Assembly (NCBI GenBank): GCA_029715105.1 | Contig: CP085695.1 | Location: 300,001 to 332,000 of the forward strand | Direction: 5' to 3' | Length of the DNA stretch: 32,000 nucleotides | Origin: Candidatus Saccharimonadota bacterium | Lineage (GTDB): Bacteria; Pseudomonadota; Alphaproteobacteria; Rickettsiales; Anaplasmataceae | Shown here: positions 1-9,494 of the stretch, one piece after another | How positions within the stretch are numbered: the first letter of the stretch is position 1 | Layout: the number at the start of each line of letters is the position of its first letter | Made by a program: the position numbers and the translations under genes | The notes under the pieces: model-generated | What the model saw: only the letters and a program-made list of their open reading frames with translations | Database searches by the model: none | What the model was told of the DNA's origin: nothing

Positions 1-31
1 TATTTAACAAGGGTGTGATTAATTTTGTTAA

Positions 32-60
32 TTGACTATTTTCGTAAGTATAACCATAAT
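32..60 (+). promoter_or_regulatory. Candidate sigma70-type promoter for rpmJ (TTGACT, 17-nt spacer, CATAAT)
   Basis: TTGACT lies at 32-37. A 17-nt spacer follows at 38-54, then CATAAT at 55-60, about 38 nt upstream of the rpmJ ATG. This is a motif match only, in AT-rich DNA where -10-like hexamers are common. Confidence 0.4.
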
Positions 61-97
61 GTAAAAATTATTAAAAATTTTTATATATTTTAAAATT

Positions 98-226
98 ATG
101 AAAGTGAAGAGCTCATTAAAGTCTCATCGTAATAGGGATAAAAACTGTAAAGTTATAAGGAGGTGTGGTAAAGTTTTTGTTATAAACAAAATAAGGCCAA
201 GATATAAGGTACGTCAGGGTTCTTAA
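98..226 (+). CDS. rpmJ: 50S ribosomal protein L36
   Basis: The gene has 42 codons and is absent from the ORF track. ATG is at 98 and TAA at 224-226. The translation [42 protein letters not shown] fits the L36 pattern as I recall it (MKV..SLK...VRR.G...VINK...K.RQG). Confidence 0.85.
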   Translation: MKVKSSLKSHRNRDKNCKVIRRCGKVFVINKIRPRYKVRQGS

Positions 227-510
227 ACAGGGAGGTTATAATTTATCCATTTATGGGGAAGAGGAGAGCCTTTTTTTTTGAGAGGGTTGGTTTGTTTTTA
301 TATAAAATTAAGGTATTCAGTTTATATGTAGTTCTTATCAGGGTGACATTTTTAGGAAGTATTATGGCTGTGCGCTAGTGCGATTTTATATCTTGCTTTG
401 TGTTGAACATTGAGATGTTGAAGTTATAGTAGTAGATCTTTATATATTTTATAGAAATTAAATAGATAATATCTATATATGTGCAAAATTAAAGTTGTTA
501 AAAAAAAAAG

Positions 511-1998
511 ATGTCTACATTAAAAATAACAATTTCTAGAGTGCCGTCTAGTCTAAAAGGATTAATGGTGGTAGGTTTGTTTGAAAATAATAGATTTGTA
601 AATAATAATCGAATTTTTAGAGATAAAAAGGTTATTGATATCATTAATAGACTTAGTAATTTTAACGGAAGTTTTGGTGAATTCTTTCCCATTATTACCT
701 CTTCATTATGTGGTGGTAGTATTATGATTGTAGGACTTGGCAGAAGAGATGAGTGGAATAAAAATAAGGAATTGAGTATTGGTGGAAAAATATATTGTAA
801 GTTAAGCGAATTAAAAATTATAAGAGCAGCAGTATTAATTGAGGGAAATGTAGCAAATATTGCATATGGTATATTTTTACGTAGTTTTAAGTTTGGTAAA
901 TATAAAACTAGAAAAAATGAAAAAGTTACGGAAGTAGAACAAATTGTAGTTCTAACGGAAACTGATGATCAATTGAGTAACGCTAAGAAGGCATTTGAGC
1001 TTTTAAAACAGGAAGGTGAGGGTGTATTTCTTGTTCGTACTCTTGTTACTGAGCCACCTAATGTTTTATACCCAGAATTTTATTCTAATTATATAAAAAC
1101 TGAGCTTACTAAATTTGGTCTTGAGGTCGAGGTACTTGATAAGGAGCAGATTGAGAAGAGAAAAATGGGGGCATTACTTGGTGTGGCACAAGGAAGCAGT
1201 AAAGAACCGAGATTAATAGTGATTAAATGGAATGGAGGTTGTAAAGAACAAAAGTCTGTAGCCTTTGTTGGTAAAGGTGTAACATTTGATACAGGAGGAG
1301 TGTCATTAAAACCTTCGCGTGGCATGGAGTTAATGAAATATGATATGGCAGGTTCTGCTGTTGTAGTTGGGGTGATGCGTGTTTTGGCTGGACGAAAAGC
1401 AAAGATAAATGCAGTTGGTGTTATTGTACTTGCTGAAAATGCAGTTGGCGGTAATGCCCAAAGGCCGGGTGATGTAGTAACTTCGATGTCTGGGCAGACA
1501 ATAGAAGTATTAAATACCGATGCAGAAGGAAGACTTATGCTTGCGGATGCTTTATGGTATACGCAAAATAGGTTTTTACCTAAGTTTATGATTGATTTAG
1601 CAACTTTAACTGGCGCTATAGTTGTTGCGCTTGGTCAGCATGAGTATGCTGGCCTTTTTTCTAATAATGATGAATTAGCAAATCGTCTTATTGATGTAGG
1701 AAATGAGGTAAATGAGAAGTTGTGGAGATTTCCTATGAATAAAGCTTATGATGAAATCATTGATTCATCAATAGCTGATGTTCAAAATATTGCTCCTACA
1801 GGCTTTGGTGGGGATAGTATAATAGCTGCGCAATTTTTACAACGTTTTGTAAACGAAACTTGTTGGGCGCATTTAGATATTGCAGGGACAGTTTGGCATG
1901 AAAAGGGTACTGATATTTCTCCGAAAGGAGCTGTAGGTTTTGGTGTAAGGTTGCTTAATAGATTAATTGAGAAATACTATGAAGAATATTTGGAATAG
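511..1998 (+). CDS. pepA: Leucyl aminopeptidase (M17 family)
   Basis: The 495-aa ORF carries M17 signatures VGKGVTFDTGGVSLKP and NTDAEGRLMLADAL. The start is an ATG, preceded immediately by an A10 tract at 500-509. Confidence 0.95.
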   Translation: MSTLKITISRVPSSLKGLMVVGLFENNRFVNNNRIFRDKKVIDIINRLSNFNGSFGEFFPIITSSLCGGSIMIVGLGRRDEWNKNKELSIGGKIYCKLSELKIIRAAVLIEGNVANIAYGIFLRSFKFGKYKTRKNEKVTEVEQIVVLTETDDQLSNAKKAFELLKQEGEGVFLVRTLVTEPPNVLYPEFYSNYIKTELTKFGLEVEVLDKEQIEKRKMGALLGVAQGSSKEPRLIVIKWNGGCKEQKSVAFVGKGVTFDTGGVSLKPSRGMELMKYDMAGSAVVVGVMRVLAGRKAKINAVGVIVLAENAVGGNAQRPGDVVTSMSGQTIEVLNTDAEGRLMLADALWYTQNRFLPKFMIDLATLTGAIVVALGQHEYAGLFSNNDELANRLIDVGNEVNEKLWRFPMNKAYDEIIDSSIADVQNIAPTGFGGDSIIAAQFLQRFVNETCWAHLDIAGTVWHEKGTDISPKGAVGFGVRLLNRLIEKYYEEYLE

Positions 1999-2051
1999 TT
2001 TTTCAGTAAAAGAGATTTATAAGTTTAGGATTTTTATCTGTTTGATTTTTG

Positions 2052-2068
2052 ATCTCCTTCTAGGAGAT
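2052..2068 (+). terminator. Weak candidate stem-loop downstream of pepA
   Basis: ATCTCC (2052-2057), loop TTCTA, GGAGAT (2063-2068), followed loosely by a T-rich sequence. The stem is short and the region is AT-rich. Confidence 0.2.
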
Positions 2069-2356
2069 GAGGTTTAAAATTTTTCATTGAGCTTTTGTAG
2101 GTTGTTATAAACAATGCATGGATATATTTTGTAGGAAATTTTTAACTTACAAAAATTTGTGATCATCATTTTATGATTTAAAAAATTTTATTTGTGATAC
2201 AACTCATTGATATTATAATTTTTATATAATTCGTAATAATTTTTAAAAGAAGTGGGGTATTTGTTTGTTCAATATGTTTCATATAAATGTTGGTTTTATT
2301 AATAATAAAAAATTATTAAAAATAGGTGTTTTGATCATCAATACGTATAAAATAAG

Positions 2357-3145
2357 CTACTGTAACTTTTTTATATGTTTTACATTTATTGTTTTTAGGC
2401 ATATTATTATGCCTAATAAGACCATAGGTATTGAAAGTAATTGTCCAATAGTTAAATTAAGCCATAAATAACCAATTTGGTAGTCTGGCTCACGGAAAAA
2501 TTCAACTGCAAAGCGTGCTATTCCATACCATATAATTGCGATACTAGTTGTTGCACCACGGTAGAATTTTATTCTAGTTAAGAAAAATAATAGATTTATA
2601 GCTATAAAAAATAGTAGTCCTTCTAAAAATGCTTCATAAAGCTGACTTGGATGACGTGACAAATTATCACCACTTTTTAAAAAAACCAAACCCCATGGCA
2701 TAGTTGTAACTCTACCAAATAGTTCTCCATTTATAAAATTTGCTATACGACCCAAAAATAAACCTATAGGAACTCCACAGGAAATCAGATCCAGTGTATA
2801 ATATACAGATATATTGTATTTTTTACATGTAATTATTATAGCACATAAGACTCCTATAACGCCGCCGTGGAACGACATCCCTCCTTTCCAAGTTTTTAAT
2901 ATCTCTATGGGATTTTTTAGATAAAAAATTAGATCATATATTAGTATGTAACCAAATCTGCCTCCAAGAATAATACCTATTATAGTAGATGTGAGTAATG
3001 AATCATAAAAATTCTTAGTAAGAATTTTTCGATTATCTAATTTATGTAAATACCAATATGCAAATATTATGCCCAAAATATATGCTAGAGAATACCAATG
3101 TATAGAAACAGGACCTACGCTAAAGATTATTGGATTTAAAGACAT
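2357..3145 (-). CDS. lgt: Prolipoprotein diacylglyceryl transferase
   Basis: A polytopic membrane protein with Lgt motifs MSFHGGVIG and GRIANFINGELFGR. The ORF-track start at 3196 is GTG and would overlap smpB by 50 nt. I chose the ATG at 3145-3143 instead: MSLNPIIFSVGPVSIHWYSLAYILG aligns with the conserved Lgt N-terminus, and this ATG lies 1 nt after the smpB stop. Confidence 0.9.
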   Translation of the reverse strand: MSLNPIIFSVGPVSIHWYSLAYILGIIFAYWYLHKLDNRKILTKNFYDSLLTSTIIGIILGGRFGYILIYDLIFYLKNPIEILKTWKGGMSFHGGVIGVLCAIIITCKKYNISVYYTLDLISCGVPIGLFLGRIANFINGELFGRVTTMPWGLVFLKSGDNLSRHPSQLYEAFLEGLLFFIAINLLFFLTRIKFYRGATTSIAIIWYGIARFAVEFFREPDYQIGYLWLNLTIGQLLSIPMVLLGIIICLKTINVKHIKKLQ

Positions 3146-3146
3146 T

Positions 3147-3611
3147 TTATTTGTTGGGTTCTCTTGAGAGATAATGTAAGCCTCTATTTTTTTCACGATC
3201 TAATTCTCTTTGTTTTATAGTTATTCTTTTATCATAGAGCTTTTTTCCTTTTACAACAGAAATCTTAGTTTTTACTAATCCCTTATCATTAAAATAAATT
3301 GAAAGTGGTATGATAGTCATTCCAGAGGTTCTAATCTTGTTAGATAACGTACTTATTTCCTTTTTGTGTAAAAGTAATTTACGTTCTCTTTTTGGTTTAT
3401 GATTTTTTTTGTTTGCAGCTTTATATTCTGCAATATACATGTTATGTAACCATATTTCACCATTTTTTTTGGTAACATAAGCATTGGAAATGTTTACCTT
3501 TTTTTCTCTTAGAGATTTAACTTCGCTGCTTAATAAGACTATACCTGCTTTAAATTCATCTAGAATAAAATATTCAAATTTTGCTCTTTTATTTTCCGTA
3601 ATGATTTCCAT
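3147..3611 (-). CDS. smpB: SsrA-binding protein SmpB
   Basis: The 154-aa ORF has the N-terminal ENKRAKFEYFILDEFKAGIVLLSSEVKSLR and a basic C-terminal tail, both typical of SmpB. The start is an ATG. Confidence 0.95.
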   Translation of the reverse strand: MEIITENKRAKFEYFILDEFKAGIVLLSSEVKSLREKKVNISNAYVTKKNGEIWLHNMYIAEYKAANKKNHKPKRERKLLLHKKEISTLSNKIRTSGMTIIPLSIYFNDKGLVKTKISVVKGKKLYDKRITIKQRELDREKNRGLHYLSREPNK

Positions 3612-3964
3612 ATATGAAAATATATTTAATTGAAGATCAAAGATAATTTTGTTTTAAACATTATTATATTCTTCCTTAGGAACTTATAAACTATATCATA
3701 AAAGTAAGTTTCCGTGGAGTAATATTTTATTATATATATATTTTTATATAAAATATAATAGAATTATATATATACTTTTTAAGAAGTATATTATTTTATT
3801 TTATTATTTTTAATTTTTAATATCTAGAATATAATTATTCCTTAGAAAATTAGTTTTGTTGAAAATAATGGTTTATCACACTTATATATGGGATAATTTC
3901 TGTTATGATCTATTGGTTTCTATTAAAATAGAATTTAATAAAATAAAATAACGTTACAAAAATT

Positions 3965-4282
3965 TTAGCTGTTAGGATTCCAACTTTTATAAAAACTTTT
4001 TATTTTTTTATTTTGATGGTGGGAATTTTTTATGTTGGTTAAATTAGGGGTGCGTTTTATTTCCTTATTGCTAGTTGGTACTTCATTATCAGTATAATGA
4101 AGCCATATATGCCATCTTGGTGGTACTGTTGTTTTTGCTAGACTGCTCTTTTTATTATAAATTACCCATCTTTTTCCCTGATTTGATTGATAGTAAAAGT
4201 TTCCATTTTCATCTTTTCCTATAAGTTTATTATTTTTTCTTTGTAAGAAAAGAACATATTCATATAACATCTTATGTAACAT
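3965..4282 (-). CDS. NADH:ubiquinone oxidoreductase subunit NDUFA12 (B17.2)-like protein
   Basis: The 105-aa ORF contains GKDENGNFYYQS...KRWVIYNK...VPPRWHIWLHYTDNEVP, which matches the conserved core of the NDUFA12 family found in alphaproteobacteria and mitochondria. Confidence 0.8.
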   Translation of the reverse strand: MLHKMLYEYVLFLQRKNNKLIGKDENGNFYYQSNQGKRWVIYNKKSSLAKTTVPPRWHIWLHYTDNEVPTSNKEIKRTPNLTNIKNSHHQNKKIKSFYKSWNPNS

Positions 4283-4364
4283 ATAATATAATGTAGTATT
4301 AAGATAAAATAAGAGTAATATTATTTATGTTATACTATATTTTAATGTTTTACAATTTATTTCA

Positions 4365-5846
4365 ATGCAATTACCAATTTTACAAGTTATTACACCAATA
4401 ATTGCATCTGTGTTTTGTTTTTTCACTAAAAAGCATGAAATTTCTTGGTTTATTTCGTTTACTACAACAACAATTGTTTTTTTTATTTCGTTAATATTAC
4501 TTATGAAAACTTACAATGGTGAGATTGTAACTTACTATATTGGAGATTGGATTCCGCCATATGGAATTGAATTAAAAATTGATGTGTTAAGTTCTTTGAT
4601 TTTAGTTCTTGTAAGTTTTATAGCATTAGTGACTGTACTTTGTAGTTTTCAGATTAATAAAAAAGAGATTTGTAAAGGTAAAATTACTGGTCTTTATTCT
4701 TTATTTTTGTTATGTTTAAGTGGGTTGTTTGGAATTTTAATAACGAATGATATATTTAACCTTTATGTTTTTTTAGAAATTTCATCTCTTTCTTCTTATA
4801 TATTGGTTTCAGTTGGAAAAAATAAAAAAAGTCTTATTGCGGCATTTGAATATCTAATTAGTGGAACAGTAGGTGCGACGTTTTATTTGTTTGGTATTGG
4901 GCTTTTATACTCTATGACTGGAACACTTAATATATCCGATATGGCTAACAGGATTGGACCAATGTGTAATAATAATATTATAAAACTTGGTACATTGTTT
5001 ATTTTTACCGGACTTTCAATCAAAATAGCATTATTTCCATTGGGTAGATGGTTAGTTAATTCATATAGCGAGGCGCCAAGTTTTATTAGTATGTTTTTTT
5101 CAGGTTCAGTAACTAAAGTAATGTTATATATTTTTATCAAAATTTTTTATTATATTTTTCATCAAAATTCTTTTTTATTTAAACCACCATTAAATAATAT
5201 AATTATTATTTTTGCATTTTGTGCTATTACGTTCGGATCAATATTTGCAATTTTTGCAAAAGATACGAAAAGGTTGCTTGCTAACTCTAGTATTAGTCAG
5301 ATTGGTTATATAGTTTTGATGTTTAGCTTAAATTCAAAGGCTGGTTTATTTGCTGCAATTTTTCATATACTAAATCATAGTATAATAAAAACATCATTAT
5401 TTATGGTTATAGGATATATTTCTTATAGATTTGATTCAACGAAAATAGAAGATTTATCAGGATTAAAAAAATCGATGCCATATATAGCATTTATATTTAC
5501 CTTACTTAGCTTGGCATTAGTTGGTGTACCTTTGACAAGTGGCTTTATGAGTAAATGGTATATGATGAGAGCAATTATTGAATCTCATGCTTGGATTTCT
5601 TTTATAGTTTTTATTATTAGTTCTTTTTTTACTTTAATATATATGTGGAAAATAGTAGAAAAAATGTATTTTGGGGGTCATGCGATATTACATGATATTG
5701 AGATATCACATCATGATAAGTTGACTGAAAAAATACCTTTGCTTATGATTATTTCTCTTTCGTTTATGGCAATTTTAACAATAGTGATTGGAATGTGCAG
5801 TACTCCAATTTGGTTAATAATTGAAAAAATTGACTTTTTAATTTGA
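4365..5846 (+). CDS. mrpD: Monovalent cation/H+ antiporter subunit D-like (proton-translocating NuoL/M/N-MrpA/D family) membrane protein
   Basis: A 493-aa, highly hydrophobic multi-TM protein. Its length, and segments such as LISGTVGATFYLFGIGLLY and SSISQIGYIVL....HILNHSIIKTSLFM, are typical of the Proton_antipo_M fold. No other mrp or nuo genes flank it. The subunit assignment (MrpD versus NuoN-like) is inference. Confidence 0.65.
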   Translation: MQLPILQVITPIIASVFCFFTKKHEISWFISFTTTTIVFFISLILLMKTYNGEIVTYYIGDWIPPYGIELKIDVLSSLILVLVSFIALVTVLCSFQINKKEICKGKITGLYSLFLLCLSGLFGILITNDIFNLYVFLEISSLSSYILVSVGKNKKSLIAAFEYLISGTVGATFYLFGIGLLYSMTGTLNISDMANRIGPMCNNNIIKLGTLFIFTGLSIKIALFPLGRWLVNSYSEAPSFISMFFSGSVTKVMLYIFIKIFYYIFHQNSFLFKPPLNNIIIIFAFCAITFGSIFAIFAKDTKRLLANSSISQIGYIVLMFSLNSKAGLFAAIFHILNHSIIKTSLFMVIGYISYRFDSTKIEDLSGLKKSMPYIAFIFTLLSLALVGVPLTSGFMSKWYMMRAIIESHAWISFIVFIISSFFTLIYMWKIVEKMYFGGHAILHDIEISHHDKLTEKIPLLMIISLSFMAILTIVIGMCSTPIWLIIEKIDFLI

Positions 5847-5868
5847 TTTAATCATTTTAAATGTATAT

Positions 5869-6999
5869 ATGAATAGATTTGCTGTGTGTAGGTCAAGAAA
5901 AATCTATTTATTATTAGTTGTTAATGTAATATTGCTATTTTGTATTGGTATTATCGTTCAATATTCTTCTTCCGGAGGAAGATGGATGCCGTTTGCAATT
6001 CATCAATTAATTATATTTTTTTTCTTTTTTTTATTAGCTATAGCTATGTCATTTGTGAGAATGGGTTTTTATTTAAAATATTCTTATCATTTTTATATAC
6101 TAGGAATAGTTTTACTACTACTAGTGTTTTTTTTTGGATCATATGTAATGGGTGCAAAAAGATGGATAAAAATTTGGATAATTAATTTACAGCCTTCAGA
6201 ATTTGTAAAAGTAGGGTTGATACTTGCGCTTTCTCGTTATTTTAGTAAGCAAAACATGTACAAGATAATAAGATTTCAAAGTTTATTTAAAGCACTTGTA
6301 ATTGCTTTTATACCAATACTATTAGTATTAGGACAACCTAATTTAGGTACAGCTATTATAATGCTATTTATAGGAGTATCAATTATATTTATAGCAATAA
6401 TTAAAAAATTTCATTTGGTAATTTTAGGATTAATTGGCATTTTTATGATGCCGGTTGCTTGGTTTTTTCTACGACCTTATCACAAGCAAAGAATATTATC
6501 ATTTTTGGATTCATCAATTGATCCTCTTGGGATAGGTTACAATGCGCAACAATCTCAAATAGCTATAGGTTCGGGAGGTTTTTTTGGTAAGGGTTTTATT
6601 AATGGGAGCCAAACTCAGCTTGGATTTTTACCGGAAAAACGCACAGATTTTGCTTTTGCAGTACTTGGTGAAGAATGGGGATTTTTAGGGGTTATGTTTT
6701 TAATTTTTTTGTATAATACATTACTTCTTGTAATAATCTTCATTGCTTATAGATCAAGAAATTATTTTTCTAAGTTGGTATCTATCGGAATTTTTGCGTT
6801 TTTTAGTATTCATTTTACTATAAATATAGGAATGACAGTTGGTCTTTTACCAATAATAGGTGATCCTTTGCCATTTCTATCCTATGGAGGAAGTGCAATT
6901 GCTGCGAGTTTGATATGTGTGGGTTTATTACTCAGGATAAGTGTGGAAAATTTAAGAATTGAACAAATCTCTAATTTTATTCGTATGGAAAATTTTTGA
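5869..6999 (+). CDS. rodA: Peptidoglycan glycosyltransferase RodA (SEDS family)
   Basis: The 376-aa ORF carries SEDS motifs GAKRWIKIWIINLQPSEFVKVGLILAL, QTQLGFLPEKRTDFAFAVLGEEWGFLG and PLPFLSYGGSA. Length and the QLGFLPE motif favour RodA over FtsW, but the distinction is not certain. Confidence 0.8.
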   Translation: MNRFAVCRSRKIYLLLVVNVILLFCIGIIVQYSSSGGRWMPFAIHQLIIFFFFFLLAIAMSFVRMGFYLKYSYHFYILGIVLLLLVFFFGSYVMGAKRWIKIWIINLQPSEFVKVGLILALSRYFSKQNMYKIIRFQSLFKALVIAFIPILLVLGQPNLGTAIIMLFIGVSIIFIAIIKKFHLVILGLIGIFMMPVAWFFLRPYHKQRILSFLDSSIDPLGIGYNAQQSQIAIGSGGFFGKGFINGSQTQLGFLPEKRTDFAFAVLGEEWGFLGVMFLIFLYNTLLLVIIFIAYRSRNYFSKLVSIGIFAFFSIHFTINIGMTVGLLPIIGDPLPFLSYGGSAIAASLICVGLLLRISVENLRIEQISNFIRMENF

Positions 7000-7057
7000 T
7001 TTAAAATTAGAAAAGATATATGTTCAATACTTTTTATAAGTTTAATTAAAGTTTATA

Positions 7058-7654
7058 TTAAATTATTTTGTAGTTTCTTTTAGATCTTTCTCTATCTAAG
7101 ATAGAGCTTATTTCTTTTACACTTTTATTAATATCATTATTAATTACTATGTAGTCGTATTTATAGCATTTGCTTATTTCTTTTTGAGCTTCTGCTAATC
7201 TGTATTCTATTTCGTTAATACTTTCAGTATTACGTTTTTGTAAACGTAGTCTAAGCTCTTCCATTGAAGGAGGAAGTATAAAAATACTTACAATATTTTT
7301 TTTCATAAGTTTGAATAAATGAAATGCTCCTCGCCAGTCTATATTTAGTAAAATATTTGTTCCATTATTTAGATTTTGTTTTATAAATTTTTTTGGTGTA
7401 CCATAAAAGTTCTTAAAAATCTTAGTATATTCAAGCATCTGGCCAGTATTACATAGTTCAAAAAACTTTTTTTTATTGACAAAAAAATAGTCTTTTCCGT
7501 TTATTTCATTAGGACGTGGTTTACGTGTTGTCATGGAAATAGATCTGATTAGATGGTTATTATTAGTTGATTGCTCAAGTAATCTTTTTAATATAGTAGT
7601 TTTGCCTGTTCCAGAAGGGGAAGATATTATTAATAATAAACCCTTAATAATCAT
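7058..7654 (-). CDS. gmk: Guanylate kinase
   Basis: The 198-aa ORF has the P-loop SSPSGTGKTT followed by TTRKPRPNEINGKDYFFV, the typical Gmk signature. Confidence 0.93.
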   Translation of the reverse strand: MIIKGLLLIISSPSGTGKTTILKRLLEQSTNNNHLIRSISMTTRKPRPNEINGKDYFFVNKKKFFELCNTGQMLEYTKIFKNFYGTPKKFIKQNLNNGTNILLNIDWRGAFHLFKLMKKNIVSIFILPPSMEELRLRLQKRNTESINEIEYRLAEAQKEISKCYKYDYIVINNDINKSVKEISSILDRERSKRNYKII

Positions 7655-7688
7655 TTTCTTTTAGAGAAAGCGTATTAATTAAAAATAT

Positions 7689-9494
7689 TCATATTCTATT
7701 TATTGATTTTAGGTTTTTAATATAGCTTTTTAAATTAGACTTCAAAAATTTAGAATTGCTTAAATCAGAATCTAATAAATTAGTATCAATAAGAGAAGAA
7801 TTATTAAAAATAGTATGTCGTAAATCAGTTTTTTTAAGATTTGCCTTGTTTAGATTAACATTTATAAATTTTGCTCTGCTTAGTATTGAATTAGAGAAGT
7901 CTGCATTTTCTAGATTCATATTTCTAAATTCGAAATAAGCGTAATTTACATCAAATTTTTCACCATGTGATATTTTTTTTTGTAAATCTTCAATTGAAAC
8001 TATTGCTCCATTTAGGTTTATAAGTTTTTCTTGTCCTTCATTTTTAATAAAAATTGAATGATCAAATTTACAATCTTTTGTTAGATAAGCACCAATAAAC
8101 GAACCTGCATATAAGCTTGAGGAATCGAAAATTGCATTATTAATTATTGAATTATTAAAATTGCTAAGAAAAAAACCTGTTTTTTTAAAAAGACTATTTT
8201 GAATTGAAGAGAAACTGAAATCACTTTCAATAAAATTAGAATTAGTTATTTTTGAATTAAGTAAGTTTGAGCTGTTTAATTTTGTATTAAAAAATATCGA
8301 ATATTCTACCTCACTGGAGATCATATTATGATAAGAAAGTTTATTATTATAAAATTGTGAATTTTCTATTTTTACGTTATACATTGAGCTAGAAGAAAGA
8401 TCCGTGTTTTCTATTTTTGTGGAAATGAATAGTGAGTGGTCAAAAATGGAATCATTTATATTAGAATATATAGCTTTGGTGTTATAGAATTTTCCGTTTC
8501 TAATATTAGAATTAGAAATATTAACTCGGTAAAGTTCACTAAAACTAAAATCAATGTTAGTTAAATTGGCATTTTGAAAATTGCTTTCAGAAATATATGA
8601 ATATGTTATTTTAGAGTCATTTAATATGGATTGAGTAAAACTTGAATTATCATCGCTTATATAAGAAATTTGTATGTTACTTAAATTAGCTTTATTGAAA
8701 TTATTTTCAATAATAGTAGAAGAATTAAGATGTGCATTAGAAAAATTGCTACCCGTAAAATCTGATTTTTTCATTTCTGAGCAATATATATTAGCATTTT
8801 CCAATGAAGAGAATTGAATTCTTAATTCATAAGAATCTATTCCGAAAAAAATTGCATTATCAAAATTATTATTTTGCATAATAGTGTTGTTTATTTCGCT
8901 ATCATTAATAGTTATATAACTGACATTCGAGTTTAACAAGCTAGAAAAACTCATTTTTATATTTGAAAATATGGTATGTAATCCAGTGATGTTGTGCATT
9001 TTTATTCTTTTAAGATCGGAGTTGATAAATTTAGTATAGCTAATATCAGATTGATCAAATGTAATGTCTATTAAATTTGTAGAAATAAATTTTGCAAAAG
9101 TTAGTTTTGTATTTTTTATTTTCAAACCCTGTAAATTAGCATTAGAAAAATTAGCTCCACGTAAATCGGCATTAATGAAAGATACTTCAGATAGGTCTGT
9201 ATGAGAAAAATCGGCACCAATTAGACTAACTCCGTTAAAAATAGATCCATTTAGATATAATTTACTAAAATCAGCTCCATTTAAATTTGTTCCAAAGCCT
9301 TTTCTGAAATCTTCAGGTATAGCCTTTTTATAGCATTGTAATAGGAATTCAGCAAAATCTTTTTTGCTATAAGACACATAATTTGTTTTACGTAAGATAT
9401 TTATAAAGTCGTTAATTAAGTTCTTTTTATATGCCTCTTCACTTCCATAACAGAAATTGCTAGTTATAATTAATATTATTAAAGTTTTGATCAT
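7689..9494 (-). CDS. Large pentapeptide-repeat protein with N-terminal signal peptide
   Basis: The 601-aa ORF has a hydrophobic leader, MIKTLIILIITSNFCYG/SEE. Canonical pentads occur near both ends (ADLRGANFSNANLQGLKIKNTKLTFAKF; NLENADFSNSILSRAKFINVNLNKANLKKTDLRHTIFNNSSLIDTNLLDSDLSNSKF). Between them is a long N/S/I-rich degenerate pentad core. Confidence 0.85.
   Translation of the reverse strand: MIKTLIILIITSNFCYGSEEAYKKNLINDFINILRKTNYVSYSKKDFAEFLLQCYKKAIPEDFRKGFGTNLNGADFSKLYLNGSIFNGVSLIGADFSHTDLSEVSFINADLRGANFSNANLQGLKIKNTKLTFAKFISTNLIDITFDQSDISYTKFINSDLKRIKMHNITGLHTIFSNIKMSFSSLLNSNVSYITINDSEINNTIMQNNNFDNAIFFGIDSYELRIQFSSLENANIYCSEMKKSDFTGSNFSNAHLNSSTIIENNFNKANLSNIQISYISDDNSSFTQSILNDSKITYSYISESNFQNANLTNIDFSFSELYRVNISNSNIRNGKFYNTKAIYSNINDSIFDHSLFISTKIENTDLSSSSMYNVKIENSQFYNNKLSYHNMISSEVEYSIFFNTKLNSSNLLNSKITNSNFIESDFSFSSIQNSLFKKTGFFLSNFNNSIINNAIFDSSSLYAGSFIGAYLTKDCKFDHSIFIKNEGQEKLINLNGAIVSIEDLQKKISHGEKFDVNYAYFEFRNMNLENADFSNSILSRAKFINVNLNKANLKKTDLRHTIFNNSSLIDTNLLDSDLSNSKFLKSNLKSYIKNLKSINRI

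Noticed and set aside
335-380. CAGGGTGAC...AGGAAG...GGCTG, loosely reminiscent of the SRP (4.5S) RNA domain IV motif
   Set aside because: The conserved CAGGTC...GGAAGCAGCC core is not actually present, and I could not draw a closing helix.
498-1325. ORFs 498-692 (-) and 1089-1325 (-), antisense to pepA
   Set aside because: They lie entirely within, or overlap, the strongly supported pepA frame. Their translations are low-complexity shadow-ORF sequence with no recognisable motifs.
2265-2471. ORF 2265-2471 (+), 68 aa
   Set aside because: It starts at TTG in an A/T spacer and runs antisense into the 3' end of lgt. Its composition (F/I/N/K) is typical of random AT-rich ORFs.
4883-6185. ORFs 4883-5140 (-) and 5940-6185 (+)
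   Set aside because: One is antisense and the other is in an alternative frame, within the mrpD-like gene and rodA respectively. The host genes have clear family motifs and these ORFs do not.
7756-7938. ORF 7756-7938 (+), antisense to the pentapeptide-repeat gene
   Set aside because: It is a shadow ORF created by the repetitive codon pattern of the sense strand.
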